A stretch of DNA of 64,000 bases from Spirochaetota bacterium (GCA_040768125.1 JAXGNG010000002.1:42759-106758); one strand, 5' to 3'; positions 8,040 to 17,333 are shown, counted from the first letter of the stretch. Notes: generated by a model not told the origin, from the letters alone. Numbers and translations are program-made.

Positions 8040-9695
8040 ATGTATAAACCATTTTCCCTTATCCTTGCCCTTGCCCTTTTCACCGGGGGCGCCGCGGCGG
8101 AGCGTGCCGATGAGATCGATTCACTGACTCCCTCATCGGCGATACTTTTTATTAAAACATCAAGGATCAATGATTTCGTCACTTCGGTCACGTATGTCGT
8201 TGAGAACCTGTTATCGCCGGGTAGAACGGATGCCTTCATGAAGGAGAAAAATTCCTTCAGGGACAGGACCGGCATCGATTTCCTGGATCTTGATTCATTG
8301 AAGAAAGCCGGCGTTGACGTGGAACGGCGCGCGGGGCTGGCGATTTTCCCAGCGGGGACCCGGGGGGAGGAGCGGATAGCGCTCTTTTTGCCGGTGCTGG
8401 ACGTAAAGACATTTCCCCTGGCGTTCGTCGACATGATCAAAAGGGCCTCCCCGGGAAAAGACCCGGATGTCTACCCGGCGATCACGGAATACAGGGGATA
8501 CACGACCTACCAGATCGGCAGGGATATCTTCACCGTCGCCTTTGACGGGGTCTTCGTCATGGCGTCGACTGGGGAGCTCCTGAGAAAGATACTGGATATT
8601 CGCGCCGACAGCGCGGGATACCTGGCCCTTGATCCCAGGTACAGGGAATGGAGCGCAAGGGGAGCCGGGAATTATGACCTGAGGGTTTTCGCCACGAGGG
8701 ATTTCCTGAAAGATGCCATGACGAAAAGGAAGAAAAAGGAATCAGGGGGCGAGGGGGTTGAGAAGAATGGCGGGGATGACGGTGCCTGGACCCGGGGGCG
8801 CGCCCTGATCATGGCCTCCGCTGAGCGCGAGGGCTTCACCTCGGGGGCCTCGCTTTTCAATGCCGTTGACTACGCCTTCCTGGGGGCCTCGGCGCGGTCA
8901 GGGTCCCTCAGGATCGATTTCGGCTTCAAGTTCAACGACACGAGTCCCACCGTCACTACCTTCCTTGACGTGCTGAAGACCGGCATGACCTCCCGATCCC
9001 TCCGCGTGCGGGAGGCAGCCACGTATTCATTCCTTTCGCTGGATTTCGCGAAAATCGAGGACCTCTGCCGGCGGGGTTCGCCGGGATGCCGCCAGTACGC
9101 CCGCATCAAGGAGGGGATGCGGGAGGACCTGGGGATCGACTTCCAGGCGGACCTCCTTCCCTATTATAACGGCGTGGTGAATCTCATCGCGGGCCCTCCC
9201 AGGGGCTCCGGGGGAGGATTCATCATCTATGTTCCCATGGAGGACGCGTCGAAGGCGAAGGCGATCTGGGAGAAATCATCCGCCTATCTCAGGAAAAAAT
9301 ACGAGGGCACGGATCGATTCGGAACGGGGAGAATTGGCGACAGGAATTCCTTCTGGTATATCGATTCAAAGAACAACAGGAACCACGCCGTATGCGACAA
9401 CCGCGGCCTCTACATGGGGAACGATGTTGAATTGATCAGCCTGGCCCTCGCCTCACCTGAAGCGGGCGCGGGTGAGGCCGCCATGGGGGGAGACATGAAA
9501 CTGGGCGCCGACGTTTTTTTCTTCACGCGCCTGAAGAAAGAGAGCTTTTTCGGCGCGCTGCTTTCGCTCTATTCGTACCGGAACGAGGACCTGCGTCTTC
9601 TCGTTGATAAGATGACGGACCTCGTGGTCGTCGGAGAAAAGATGGATCGGTACCTGTCGATCGCCATAGACATGAAGCTGGCAAAGCGCCGCTAG
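8040..9695 (+). CDS. Exported hypothetical protein (possibly DUF3352-like)
   Basis: Long ORF with host-like codon usage and a signal peptide MYKPFSLILALALFTGGAAA starting at ATG 8040. Confidence 0.7.
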   Translation: MYKPFSLILALALFTGGAAAERADEIDSLTPSSAILFIKTSRINDFVTSVTYVVENLLSPGRTDAFMKEKNSFRDRTGIDFLDLDSLKKAGVDVERRAGLAIFPAGTRGEERIALFLPVLDVKTFPLAFVDMIKRASPGKDPDVYPAITEYRGYTTYQIGRDIFTVAFDGVFVMASTGELLRKILDIRADSAGYLALDPRYREWSARGAGNYDLRVFATRDFLKDAMTKRKKKESGGEGVEKNGGDDGAWTRGRALIMASAEREGFTSGASLFNAVDYAFLGASARSGSLRIDFGFKFNDTSPTVTTFLDVLKTGMTSRSLRVREAATYSFLSLDFAKIEDLCRRGSPGCRQYARIKEGMREDLGIDFQADLLPYYNGVVNLIAGPPRGSGGGFIIYVPMEDASKAKAIWEKSSAYLRKKYEGTDRFGTGRIGDRNSFWYIDSKNNRNHAVCDNRGLYMGNDVELISLALASPEAGAGEAAMGGDMKLGADVFFFTRLKKESFFGALLSLYSYRNEDLRLLVDKMTDLVVVGEKMDRYLSIAIDMKLAKRR

Positions 9696-9707
9696 GGTCG
9701 AATCGTC

Positions 9708-10640
9708 ATGCGCTACCTTTTTGGCCCCGTTAATTCACGCCGCCTGGGGATTTCCCTGGGCGTCGATCTGGTCCCCCACAAGACCTGCTCGCTCAACTGC
9801 GTTTACTGCGAGTGCGGCGACACGACGGCCCTCGTGACCGATGTCGCGGAATGGGTGCCCACGCGAGACGTGATCGCCGAGCTCGACGCATATCTTGATG
9901 GCTCCCCCAGGCTGGACGTCATCACCTTCTCCGGTTCCGGGGAGCCCACCCTCCATTCCGGCATCGGGGAGGTCATACGCCATGTCAGGAAGCGTTACCC
10001 GCAGTACCGGATCGCCGTTCTGACGAACGGAACGATGCTTGTTGATCCTGGGGTGCGCCGATCGATCAACGACGCCGATATCGTTATCCCATCCCTTGAC
10101 GCCGTGGACCCGGAAATGTTCAAAAGAATCGCGCGACCCGCTCCCGGCGTCAGGATAGACGAGGTGGTCGAGGGGCTCGTCGCCTTCAGGAATGAATTCA
10201 GCGGGACCCTGCTGCTCGAGGTTTTCATTGTGCCGGGAGTGAACGACGGCGATGGGGCTCTCGCTGGTTTGAAGGATGCCTGCCTGAGGATCAGGCCCGA
10301 CAGGATACAGCTCAACACCCTTGACCGGCCCGGTGCGGTCCAGTGGATCCGTCCCGCGACGGTGGAGGAGCTGCATGCGATCGCGGCGCGCCTTGCGCCG
10401 CTGGAGGTTGAGATAATCGGGGGCCCCGCGGAAGGGGAAGCGGTTCCGTCGAGGCAGACCCCCGATCTGGAAAAAACCATTCTGCTCACCCTGAGAAGAA
10501 GGCCATCGACGATCGATGATCTGCGCGCCGCCCTGGGAGTCGATCCCGGCCTTCTCGAAGCAGCCCTCGCGAAACTGCGGGAATCGGGAATGGTGAATGT
10601 GGAACGGCTCGAGAGGGGGGAATTCTACCGGGTCGTCTAG
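9708..10640 (+). CDS. Radical SAM protein (COG0731/TYW1-like) with a C-terminal winged helix
   Basis: Motifs FGPVNSRRLGISLG, CSLNCVYC, FSGSGEPTLH and QLNTLDRP. Confidence 0.9.
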   Translation: MRYLFGPVNSRRLGISLGVDLVPHKTCSLNCVYCECGDTTALVTDVAEWVPTRDVIAELDAYLDGSPRLDVITFSGSGEPTLHSGIGEVIRHVRKRYPQYRIAVLTNGTMLVDPGVRRSINDADIVIPSLDAVDPEMFKRIARPAPGVRIDEVVEGLVAFRNEFSGTLLLEVFIVPGVNDGDGALAGLKDACLRIRPDRIQLNTLDRPGAVQWIRPATVEELHAIAARLAPLEVEIIGGPAEGEAVPSRQTPDLEKTILLTLRRRPSTIDDLRAALGVDPGLLEAALAKLRESGMVNVERLERGEFYRVV

Positions 10641-10644
10641 GGAC

Positions 10645-11322
10645 TCAGGCCAGGGGCACCAGGATCGTCGCGTAGGTCTTCGAGGTCCCGTCCGTCGTCA
10701 CGATGAAGTTCTTGTGCGAGATGTTGATGTTTTTCAGGAGGATCACCACCATCGACAGTCCAAGGCCCATTCCCTCCGCCTCGGGATCCGGGTTTTCCAT
10801 GTAGAACTCGGCGATGTTGTCGTACTTTGACGAAACCTCGATACGCTCGCTTATCTTGTTCATCTCCTTCTCCGAGAGGGGCACGTTGTTGATCACCTCG
10901 ATGATGAGATTGTTGTTGTGGATCTTCAGGTACGTGCGCGTGGAGAGCTTGTTCTTCTTTGCCTTGATGCCGTATTCAAGAAGTGCCTCCTCGTTCAGGA
11001 TCCTTCGGATCTGGGCCACGATGGTGGCCGGGTCGTCCGTTCCCTTTATCTTCCCCTCGTTGACCAGGATCGTTTTCGCGTTCGCCTTCGTGGCGTTGGC
11101 GATCAGCTCCTTGACGCAGGAGAGTATGGGTGTGAAGAGCTCTTCCTTCTTGAAGCGTTCCAGTATTTTGGCAAGGGCGAATTTGATCTTTTCCTCGGTG
11201 TCCTCAAGGGTCGCATAGGTGATAAAGACCAGGTCGCTCCTGTTTTTAAGCGCAGTCAATATCTCGGTCTGGTACTGTGCGTCGGTCTTCTTTTTCAGCA
11301 TGCCCCTGTCCCCGATATCCAT
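10645..11322 (-). CDS. Stand-alone GHKL/HATPase-like protein
   Basis: N-box-like ELIANATKAN and G-box EGMGLGL. No HisKA or sensor domain is evident. Confidence 0.6.
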   Translation of the reverse strand: MDIGDRGMLKKKTDAQYQTEILTALKNRSDLVFITYATLEDTEEKIKFALAKILERFKKEELFTPILSCVKELIANATKANAKTILVNEGKIKGTDDPATIVAQIRRILNEEALLEYGIKAKKNKLSTRTYLKIHNNNLIIEVINNVPLSEKEMNKISERIEVSSKYDNIAEFYMENPDPEAEGMGLGLSMVVILLKNINISHKNFIVTTDGTSKTYATILVPLA

Positions 11323-11402
11323 CCAGCTTCAAATAAATCATTGATTTTTTTCAAGCATTAATTACCCTTATCCGCGATAATGGGACATCCGGAGCAGATA
11401 CC

Positions 11403-12338
11403 ATGATCGATATGTTTTTCCCCTCACTTCCATCCCTCCTGACCCTCATCGGTCTCGCGTTTCTTTTCGGCCTTCTTCTTTCGGTCGCGCGGCTCAAACT
11501 CCTGGTCAAGAAGGATCCGAGGATACTCGAAATCCTTGATGCCCTTCCCGGTGCGAACTGCGGCGCCTGCGGCCTTCCCGGCTGTTCGGCCTACGCCACC
11601 AGGATCGTCGAGGAGAAGTACCAGATCGACCTCTGCCCCGTGGGGGGCGCCGAGTCGGCCGATGCCATCGCCCGGATCATGGGCGTCGAGCCTTCGGGCG
11701 GGATGAAGGCCGTCACGGCACGGGTGCGCTGCCACGGGGGAAGGGCCGAGGCGGGTAACCGCTTCATATACGAGGGGCCGAGGGATTGCGATGCGGCCCA
11801 CGGTACCATGGGAGGCCCGAAGACATGCGAGTACGGATGCCTCGGGTTCGGAAACTGCGCCAGGGTATGCCCCTTCGACGCGCTGCACATGAACGACAAC
11901 GGAATCCCGGTCGTCGACTTTGACAAATGCACGGGGTGCGGGAAGTGCGTCGCGGCCTGTCCCCGCGGCATCATCAGCCTCGAGCCCAAGGGCAACGATA
12001 TCTTCGTGATGTGCATGAACGAGGAGAAGGCGCCGGTGATGAAGAAGGGGTGCAGCGTGGGATGCATCGCCTGCAAGCTCTGCGAAAAGGCCTGCCGGCA
12101 GGCCCTGGGGGAGCGCAGCCCGGAGAAGGACCCCGCGACGATCGAGCTTGCCATTGTAGTGGACAATTTTCTCGCGCGCATAAACTACGATCTCTGCATA
12201 CAGTGCTACCGGTGCGTGGAAGTATGCCCCGTCCCGGTGATCCATCCCCTTGAGCGGTCGAAGAAGTACCAGAAAAAGGCCACCGGCGGGGCGGAGAAGG
12301 CCGCGGTGAAGGAAGACGAGGTCGTCGCGACGACATGA
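11403..12338 (+). CDS. rnfB: RnfB-like membrane-anchored polyferredoxin
   Basis: N-terminal TM helix, LPGANCGACGLPGC...CPVGG, CEYGCLGFGNCARVCPF, CTGCGKCVAACP and further CxxCxxCxxxC motifs. Confidence 0.85.
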   Translation: MIDMFFPSLPSLLTLIGLAFLFGLLLSVARLKLLVKKDPRILEILDALPGANCGACGLPGCSAYATRIVEEKYQIDLCPVGGAESADAIARIMGVEPSGGMKAVTARVRCHGGRAEAGNRFIYEGPRDCDAAHGTMGGPKTCEYGCLGFGNCARVCPFDALHMNDNGIPVVDFDKCTGCGKCVAACPRGIISLEPKGNDIFVMCMNEEKAPVMKKGCSVGCIACKLCEKACRQALGERSPEKDPATIELAIVVDNFLARINYDLCIQCYRCVEVCPVPVIHPLERSKKYQKKATGGAEKAAVKEDEVVATT

Positions 12339-13345
12339 AAGACATATTCGAGATGAGCGGGGTCGAAAGGGCGGCGGCGCTTCTGGTCGCCATGGGCCCC
12401 CAGACGGCCGCGGAGATAATGCGGCACCTCGACGAGGAGAGCATAGAGAAACTTTCCCTGGAGATCGCGAAGATAGACCGGCTTTCCCCCGAGGAGCGGG
12501 AAGACCTGATCGGCGAGTTCCTCATCGACCTCCGCAGGGAGAAGAGACGCCTGAAGGGGGGAGAGGGCACGGCGCGTGAAATGCTCACCAGGACCTTCGG
12601 TCCCGACCGGGCCGACAGCATTCTCGGCAAGCTCACCAGCGTTGATATCGACCGCGAGTTCGCCGACATGAACGAGATGGAGGACGAAGCCCTCGTCTCA
12701 TTCCTTAAAGACGAGCATCCCCAGACAATCGCCGTGGTGCTTTCATTCCTGGCCCCGGCCAAATCGGCGGCGGTTCTTCGATCCATGGGCGCCCCGGTCA
12801 CGAAGGAGGTGGCCGTCAGGATGGCCAGGATGGACCGCGTGGTCCCGGAGGCCGTCGCCGGGGTCGTCAAGACGATCAAGAAGAAATACCGGGAGTACCG
12901 CTCGAAAAACGAGGGGGTGCCGACGGGGGGGCTTGACGCCCTTGTGGACATTTTGAAGCACATGCCGGGGGACGACGAGCGCAAGATAATCGAGGAAATC
13001 GATTCCGTCCTCCCGAACGTGTCCCGCCGGATACGCGAAAGGATTTTCGCCTTCGAAAACGTGGTGAACCTCACCAACGCAGAGGTCCGCATACTCATCG
13101 ACGAGATCAAGGACGACGCCCTGATCGCCCGGGCCCTCAAGGGGGCTGGCGACGAGGTGCGCTTCAAGTTCATGCGCAACATGAGCCAGAACAGGGCCAC
13201 GGATATACTCGCGGATATGGATGCCATGGGCTCGATACGCCTCACGGAGGTGCAGGACAGCCGCGACAGGATCGTCGCCATCATGCGCGCCCTGGACGAC
13301 AACGGCTCCATACGCCTGCGGGGCGGTGACACGTACGTCGAGTAG
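12335..13345 (+). CDS. fliG: Flagellar motor switch protein FliG (paralog)
   Basis: Motifs SGVERAAALL, EHPQTIA, GG linkers, IFAFEN (MFxF motif) and NMSQ. The ATG overlaps the rnfB stop (ATGA). Confidence 0.9.
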   Translation: MKDIFEMSGVERAAALLVAMGPQTAAEIMRHLDEESIEKLSLEIAKIDRLSPEEREDLIGEFLIDLRREKRRLKGGEGTAREMLTRTFGPDRADSILGKLTSVDIDREFADMNEMEDEALVSFLKDEHPQTIAVVLSFLAPAKSAAVLRSMGAPVTKEVAVRMARMDRVVPEAVAGVVKTIKKKYREYRSKNEGVPTGGLDALVDILKHMPGDDERKIIEEIDSVLPNVSRRIRERIFAFENVVNLTNAEVRILIDEIKDDALIARALKGAGDEVRFKFMRNMSQNRATDILADMDAMGSIRLTEVQDSRDRIVAIMRALDDNGSIRLRGGDTYVE

Positions 13346-13978
13346 TCACCTGCTGTAGATGAGTATCGTCCCGTCCTTTTCGATCCTCTTGTAGAGCCTC
13401 TTCACGGCCATGGCTGAATAGGAATCCCTCCTGCCGGTATAGAGAAACATCACCGCGTTCACGTAATCGATGGTCGCCCGTATCGGCGGCAGGGACATGT
13501 TCTTCTTCACCCTCCCGATTCCGGCGTGGTAGGCGCCGAGGGCAAGGGGGACGTCGTTCTTGAAATAATCCAAAAGGAACCGGAGATGGCGGATCCCGGT
13601 GTCCAGGTTCTTGCCGGGATCGAAGGGATCATCCAGGGAGTAATGGTCCGCGGTTTCCTGCATGATCTGCATCAACCCCATGGCGCCGGCCGGGGATACC
13701 GCGTCGGGATTGAAGTCCGATTCCACCCGCACCACGCACTTCACCAGGTGGGGATCCACGCCGTGTTTCGCCGCGGTCTCCTCGATGAGGCCGTCGAAGC
13801 GGCTGGTCACCACCCGCCGGGACGGGGAGGGAAGGCGCGGAGGGGGGTCGGGCCTGTTGTAGTACTCCACCGTGCCGTCGGCGTGGACCCGGCGGTGTAT
13901 CTTCGATTCCCCCGTGGACGGCAGGGACAGGACTATCGCCGCGAGGAGTATGCTGAGAAGATAATGTGTTCTGTTCAT
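13346..13978 (-). CDS. Lytic transglycosylase (SLT domain) with signal peptide and DUF4124-like N-terminus
   Basis: Motifs VESDFNPDAVSPAGAMGLMQ and AYHAG. Confidence 0.9.
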   Translation of the reverse strand: MNRTHYLLSILLAAIVLSLPSTGESKIHRRVHADGTVEYYNRPDPPPRLPSPSRRVVTSRFDGLIEETAAKHGVDPHLVKCVVRVESDFNPDAVSPAGAMGLMQIMQETADHYSLDDPFDPGKNLDTGIRHLRFLLDYFKNDVPLALGAYHAGIGRVKKNMSLPPIRATIDYVNAVMFLYTGRRDSYSAMAVKRLYKRIEKDGTILIYSR

Positions 13979-14194
13979 GGCCGCTGTCCCAACAACGAAT
14001 GATAGGGACGCTGAAGAGTCTCGCGGTTACGGGATAAACATTCAAACACAAATTGAATTGACGGAAAAAAATAAGTTTTTCACATGAAGGCAACAGAGGG
14101 TGGTGATGCGCTGTTGCCCCGAGACGAGGAAGCCTCACCCTGCCATGAAACGCCGGCAAAGGGCAGACCGTATCATGCCCCCTGGGAGGGGAGA

Positions 14195-14854
14195 TTACGG
14201 GCAGGAGGCACAGTAGGTGTCAACTGATACATTATGGGCCTGGGCCACTATTACGTCCCCTGCGTCAATTATTACATTCCCGTAAATGGGATTATCGTTC
14301 TCGAGGATGATTTCGTTATTAAAGGTGATCGTCGCCTGGACGAGCTGGCTACCTTTAGCTTCGTAACGTTTCTGGCATAATGGTTCGCCCGGGATATAAT
14401 CAGGATCCGTATTAGTCTGACAACACAGGGGGAATGAATATTCGCAGCTTCTACAAAAGGACAGGGTAAAATCATTTCTGGAAATAATCTTCTCATATTT
14501 AACTCCCCGGGTGCCGCCTTTTTCGATAACGAGGACCAGTTTCCATCCCACCAGGTCCTGGGTCACCTTCATGCTGTAGGTGGGGGTCGCGCTGTTCTTG
14601 TCGCTGACGGCGAAGCCCGAGACCAGGAATGTTCCGGCGAGCCAGGTGGTGTAGACCGCGAGGCACTCTTCCCCTGAGCAGCTCTTGTTAAACGATGCGT
14701 TGCCGAAGCTGATGCTCTTGGTGTCCAGGACACCCCGTGGGCGAAACTGACCGGGGCTGAGATAACCCGGAATGATCTTTTCCTCGTCCTCCTTCGCGCA
14801 TCCCGGGATAAGGGCGGCGAGAAGGAGGGCGCAGGCTACGAGACGTCTTTTCAT
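14195..14854 (-). CDS. Cys-rich lipoprotein of unknown function
   Basis: Lipoprotein signal MKRRLVACALLLAALIPG-C, followed by 9 further Cys in the mature part. Confidence 0.7.
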   Translation of the reverse strand: MKRRLVACALLLAALIPGCAKEDEEKIIPGYLSPGQFRPRGVLDTKSISFGNASFNKSCSGEECLAVYTTWLAGTFLVSGFAVSDKNSATPTYSMKVTQDLVGWKLVLVIEKGGTRGVKYEKIISRNDFTLSFCRSCEYSFPLCCQTNTDPDYIPGEPLCQKRYEAKGSQLVQATITFNNEIILENDNPIYGNVIIDAGDVIVAQAHNVSVDTYCASCP

Positions 14855-14990
14855 GGCAACGGTCCTGGGGCTGGTTATCCAGCTATAACTATTATGAATA
14901 TCTGGACAATAGATTTATCATCCATGATTTGTCAACCATCAATAATGCCCTGCTCGCCTTTCCATTCCGCCTCGCCGGCGCGTCAACCGG

Positions 14991-16019
14991 TCATCGCCGC
15001 TCGATGATCGTGGTCATCCGGTCGATTATACCGGCGCAAATACCAGTAATGTCACCTGAAATGCCCGATTCTATCCAGAGGAGCTCCCCCGTGCGGACAT
15101 CGATTGAGCGGACCCAGGCACTCCTCCTTGAGCCGTTGAAGGCGACGATGAGCAGCGTGTCAATGCCGTGGTAATCCGTCAGTTTTTTCAGGGCATCGTC
15201 GCGGAGGACCCGGTAGTCCCAGTCATAATGCCTGCGGGCCTCGATGATGCGGGTGACGGTCTCCTGGTACGTAGGGCCGCTCCATGTGCCGTGGAGAAAT
15301 CGCGGGGGGCGCGGATCGGAGACGATGTCATAATAGCTCTCCAATCCCGATACGTACTTGAACCTGTCGATTCCGCCGGGAGGAAGTCCCCCCCTCAGGA
15401 AGTTCCCCTGGATCGAGGCGACGCGGTAACCTCCGGTGAGAAACGAGTGATAGAGGGCATTGAGGTCCGCGCCGTCCAGATTGGTGATGATCCCGATCCG
15501 GGATCCCCGGGGTATCGTCCCGGCGATGTAGAGGTTGTTCCTGCCCAGGAATGAGACCATGATGGCGGTGATGCGGTCCACGAGACGGAAAATCTCCGTT
15601 TCCATGGTGCCGGTGTTGGTGAAGGAGAATATCCTGTTCGTGCCCCGCCGGTAGAGGCGGATGGTGATCCGGATGCGGTTCCCCTGGAGAAGGGTGAAAC
15701 TGCCGTCAACGAAATAGTCGGCGGAAATTCTCTTCGTGAGGTCGTAGAGCTCGTGGGGAGGGTACTGCCTCTCCAGGGAGAGTCCGTGGCGCTCCAGGAG
15801 CCTGTCCACCCGGACGGGGGTGATCACGTTTACCTGAAACAGGTTGAGGATCGACGACGCGAAGGAATTCGGGAAGATGGTTTCCAGGTAATCGTAGTTG
15901 GGATTCTCCGACCTGTTCGCCAGGTATCCGAAGGCCATGGTGGGCGCCGCCCCGGCCGGCACGGCGATAATGATGATGAAAAGGACCCACCCGGCGATTC
16001 GAAGCTTCTGCGCCATCAC
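14991..16019 (-). CDS. Exported protein, probably two TolB-N/CsgG/FlgO-like alpha/beta domains
   Basis: Signal peptide (...AVPAGA) and a ...YLANRSENPNYDYL...ADYFVDGSF pattern. The C-terminal domain is paralogous to the neighbouring lipoprotein. Confidence 0.6.
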   Translation of the reverse strand: MMAQKLRIAGWVLFIIIIAVPAGAAPTMAFGYLANRSENPNYDYLETIFPNSFASSILNLFQVNVITPVRVDRLLERHGLSLERQYPPHELYDLTKRISADYFVDGSFTLLQGNRIRITIRLYRRGTNRIFSFTNTGTMETEIFRLVDRITAIMVSFLGRNNLYIAGTIPRGSRIGIITNLDGADLNALYHSFLTGGYRVASIQGNFLRGGLPPGGIDRFKYVSGLESYYDIVSDPRPPRFLHGTWSGPTYQETVTRIIEARRHYDWDYRVLRDDALKKLTDYHGIDTLLIVAFNGSRRSAWVRSIDVRTGELLWIESGISGDITGICAGIIDRMTTIIERR

Positions 16020-16564
16020 TTCCCGGTCATGCTGTCAATGAATCCGTCGGTGATCGATCCCGCGTCGCCGATGCCGCCGTTTTCAATCCAGATGACGTCG
16101 TTGGTCCTCAGGTCTATGGCGCGGCCCCAGGAGCCGCCGATCCCCGAAACGCTGAGCAGTACCAGGTACTGGACATTCCATTTGTTCCGCATCTCGGCGA
16201 GGATCTCGGCCTTGTTCACCTCGTAGTTGTAGAAGTTCAGCTTGAAGAGATTGTTGTAGGTCTTTTCAAGGGAGAGAAAGCCGTCGTCCTGCCCGATGTA
16301 CGAGACTTTTTTGAAGTCCCTGATGTCGAACACGTCGTTGACGGAAAAAAAGTCGGAGGCGTTGATGGCCTTGACCGAGAATCCCCGGGCGAGAAAGCGC
16401 GACATGACGACGTTCTTCACCCGGTTGGGGGCGTCGATGATGACGGCGATTCCCGAGTTGGCCGGGACGGGCCGCGCGAGATATTTTACCGACTTTCCCG
16501 CGCCGCAGGAGACGCCGATAAGGGACGCGCCAATCAGAAGGCTGAGTATCACTTTTCTTCTCAT
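16016..16564 (-). CDS. Lipoprotein of unknown function
   Basis: Lipobox MRRKVILSLLIGASLIGVS-C from ATG 16564. Its stop overlaps the next gene's start. Confidence 0.7.
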   Translation of the reverse strand: MRRKVILSLLIGASLIGVSCGAGKSVKYLARPVPANSGIAVIIDAPNRVKNVVMSRFLARGFSVKAINASDFFSVNDVFDIRDFKKVSYIGQDDGFLSLEKTYNNLFKLNFYNYEVNKAEILAEMRNKWNVQYLVLLSVSGIGGSWGRAIDLRTNDVIWIENGGIGDAGSITDGFIDSMTGK

Positions 16565-16598
16565 CCGGACGCTCCTTCGTGAGATGAACGCGGAGGTG

Positions 16599-17276
16599 TC
16601 AGTCGGCCTTTTTGCCGTCCCCGCTTTCATCGGATTTATCTTCTTTCTTGGTTTTCTTTTTCTCGAGGTCCGTCAGGTACTTCCGGAAACCCTCGCGGTT
16701 CACCTTGCTCTCGGCAAGAAGGTCCATGATGAACTGGTTCGATTTCAATTCGAGTTTTTCCATGAAGACCTGCTGCTTCATCCAGTTCACCGCCTCATCG
16801 TTCATGGGGACTCCCTTCAATCTGTCGATGTTCCTTTTGTAGAACTCGTCGACGTCCGCGTCAGAGACCTGGATGTCGTCCTTGAGCTTGACGCTGAGGT
16901 AGTAGGATGACACGAACTGGAGATCGGAAAGCTCCGATATCGTTTTCAGGTCATCGCGGTTCATGGAGTCGTCATCGAAGGCCTTGTTGTAGAGCAGTTT
17001 CCTGCTGACGAGGAAATCCATGAACTTGTTCCTGTTCAGGAGGCTCAGGCTGGGGTGGTTCTCTATCTCCGGATTGCTCGCCATTTTATCCACGTCCTCT
17101 TTGTCCATGTTGAGCATCATCTTGGCGAACATGTAGTAGTAACGGTTGAATTCGTTGACGGTAATCTTTTTTTTGTCGATGACTACGGCAACTTCGTCGC
17201 CTTCTTTTTTACATGCAGAAAACAGGCCGGCAGCGACGATGAGTGCGGTCACGAGTGCGGGGATCCTTCTTTTCAT
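16599..17276 (-). CDS. LipL31-like lipoprotein (SurA-N/PrsA-like chaperone fold)
   Basis: Lipobox LFSA-C and motifs IDKKKITVNEF and KDDIQVSDADVDEFY. It lies directly downstream of mfd, as I recall for Leptospira lipL31. Confidence 0.65.
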   Translation of the reverse strand: MKRRIPALVTALIVAAGLFSACKKEGDEVAVVIDKKKITVNEFNRYYYMFAKMMLNMDKEDVDKMASNPEIENHPSLSLLNRNKFMDFLVSRKLLYNKAFDDDSMNRDDLKTISELSDLQFVSSYYLSVKLKDDIQVSDADVDEFYKRNIDRLKGVPMNDEAVNWMKQQVFMEKLELKSNQFIMDLLAESKVNREGFRKYLTDLEKKKTKKEDKSDESGDGKKAD

Positions 17277-17333
17277 TACTTTATTCCTCGGGGATGTTTT
17301 TTATCTGTCAAATGACTGATATGGGATGTCCCA

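Noticed and set aside
14089-14141. HDV-like ribozyme (the minus strand contains TTCCTCGT, resembling the L3 loop)
   Set aside because: The required nested P1/P2/P3/P1.1 order and the catalytic C-containing J4/2 could not be assembled.
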